Positions 25,576-25,849 of a stretch of 25,849 bases of DNA are shown piece after piece (position 1 is the stretch's first letter; each line of letters starts with the position of its first letter). Origin of the DNA: a virus (taxonomy: Duplodnaviria; Caudoviricetes). The stretch is from the IMG/VR virus record IMGVR_UViG_3300023214_000280, positions 1 through 25,849 of that record; one strand, 5' to 3'. The notes beneath the pieces are model-generated. The model saw nothing but the letters and a program-made list of their open reading frames with translations. It was not told where the DNA came from and searched no databases. A program made the translations under genes and the position numbers.

Positions 25576-25849
25576 TTAAGCGTCCGCATCGGTGGCAAAA
25601 AGCATTCTGGTTACACGTTTGTCTTCAGCATCGATTTTCGAGTGAAGCCCAACAGTTCCGTACCACTGCGTACCTGCGAAAACAAATTCCCGGTTTAAAA
25701 TGTCTCGGTCTGTTTCAATTTCTGGCTCCTGAGCAAGACAGAGTCCATAAGGATCTGGCTTCATAGCAAACGCGTGAAAGCTTTTCTTACCTCCAAGCGC
25801 ACTACCAGCAGGTACAACATCGCTTGCAATGACTGCCATTCCTAAAAGC
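25576..25849 (-). CDS. Major capsid protein, C-terminal part (runs off window)
   Basis: The frame is open to the window edge (LLGMAVIASD...). IETDRDILNRE...QWYGT is typical of HK97-fold capsid C-termini. Confidence 0.8.
   Translation of the reverse strand, partial: LLGMAVIASDVVPAGSALGGKKSFHAFAMKPDPYGLCLAQEPEIETDRDILNREFVFAGTQWYGTVGLHSKIDAEDKRVTRMLFATDADA

Noticed and set aside
1-25849. Stop-codon reassignment, CRISPR arrays, tRNAs, integrase/att sites
   Set aside because: TAA, TAG and TGA all end genes at sensible junctions with high coding density. No arrays, cloverleafs or integrase were seen by eye.

Overview
A fragment of a tailed phage or prophage with a contractile (myovirus-like) tail, read in the standard bacterial code, probably from a Gram-negative host given the lipoprotein genes and SLT-type endolysin. 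Left arm (1-3710): an XRE-family HTH gene diverges from a rightward early-type cluster containing an unlisted small Cys/His protein, a RecE/ExoVIII-like PD-(D/E)XK exonuclease, hypothetical genes and an HNH endonuclease. The rest (3726-25849, minus strand) is one tightly coupled late operon. It runs from the major capsid C-terminus through decoration, neck, sheath, tube, a tail chaperone with a clear -1 frameshift, tape measure, LysM protein, hub, spike, gp25, J and I-like baseplate genes, then fibre genes, a lysis cassette and a Gly-rich adhesin module. Three observations stand out. (1) Two fibre-like proteins in the tail module carry Sec or lipoprotein signal peptides and paired cysteines, suggesting exported, disulfide-folded fibres. 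(2) In the lysis cassette a Cys-rich lipoprotein abuts a single-TM protein in frame, resembling a split unimolecular spanin. (3) The C-terminal domain of one fibre is split across two reading frames. All functional calls come from motifs and synteny read by eye, with no database searches.
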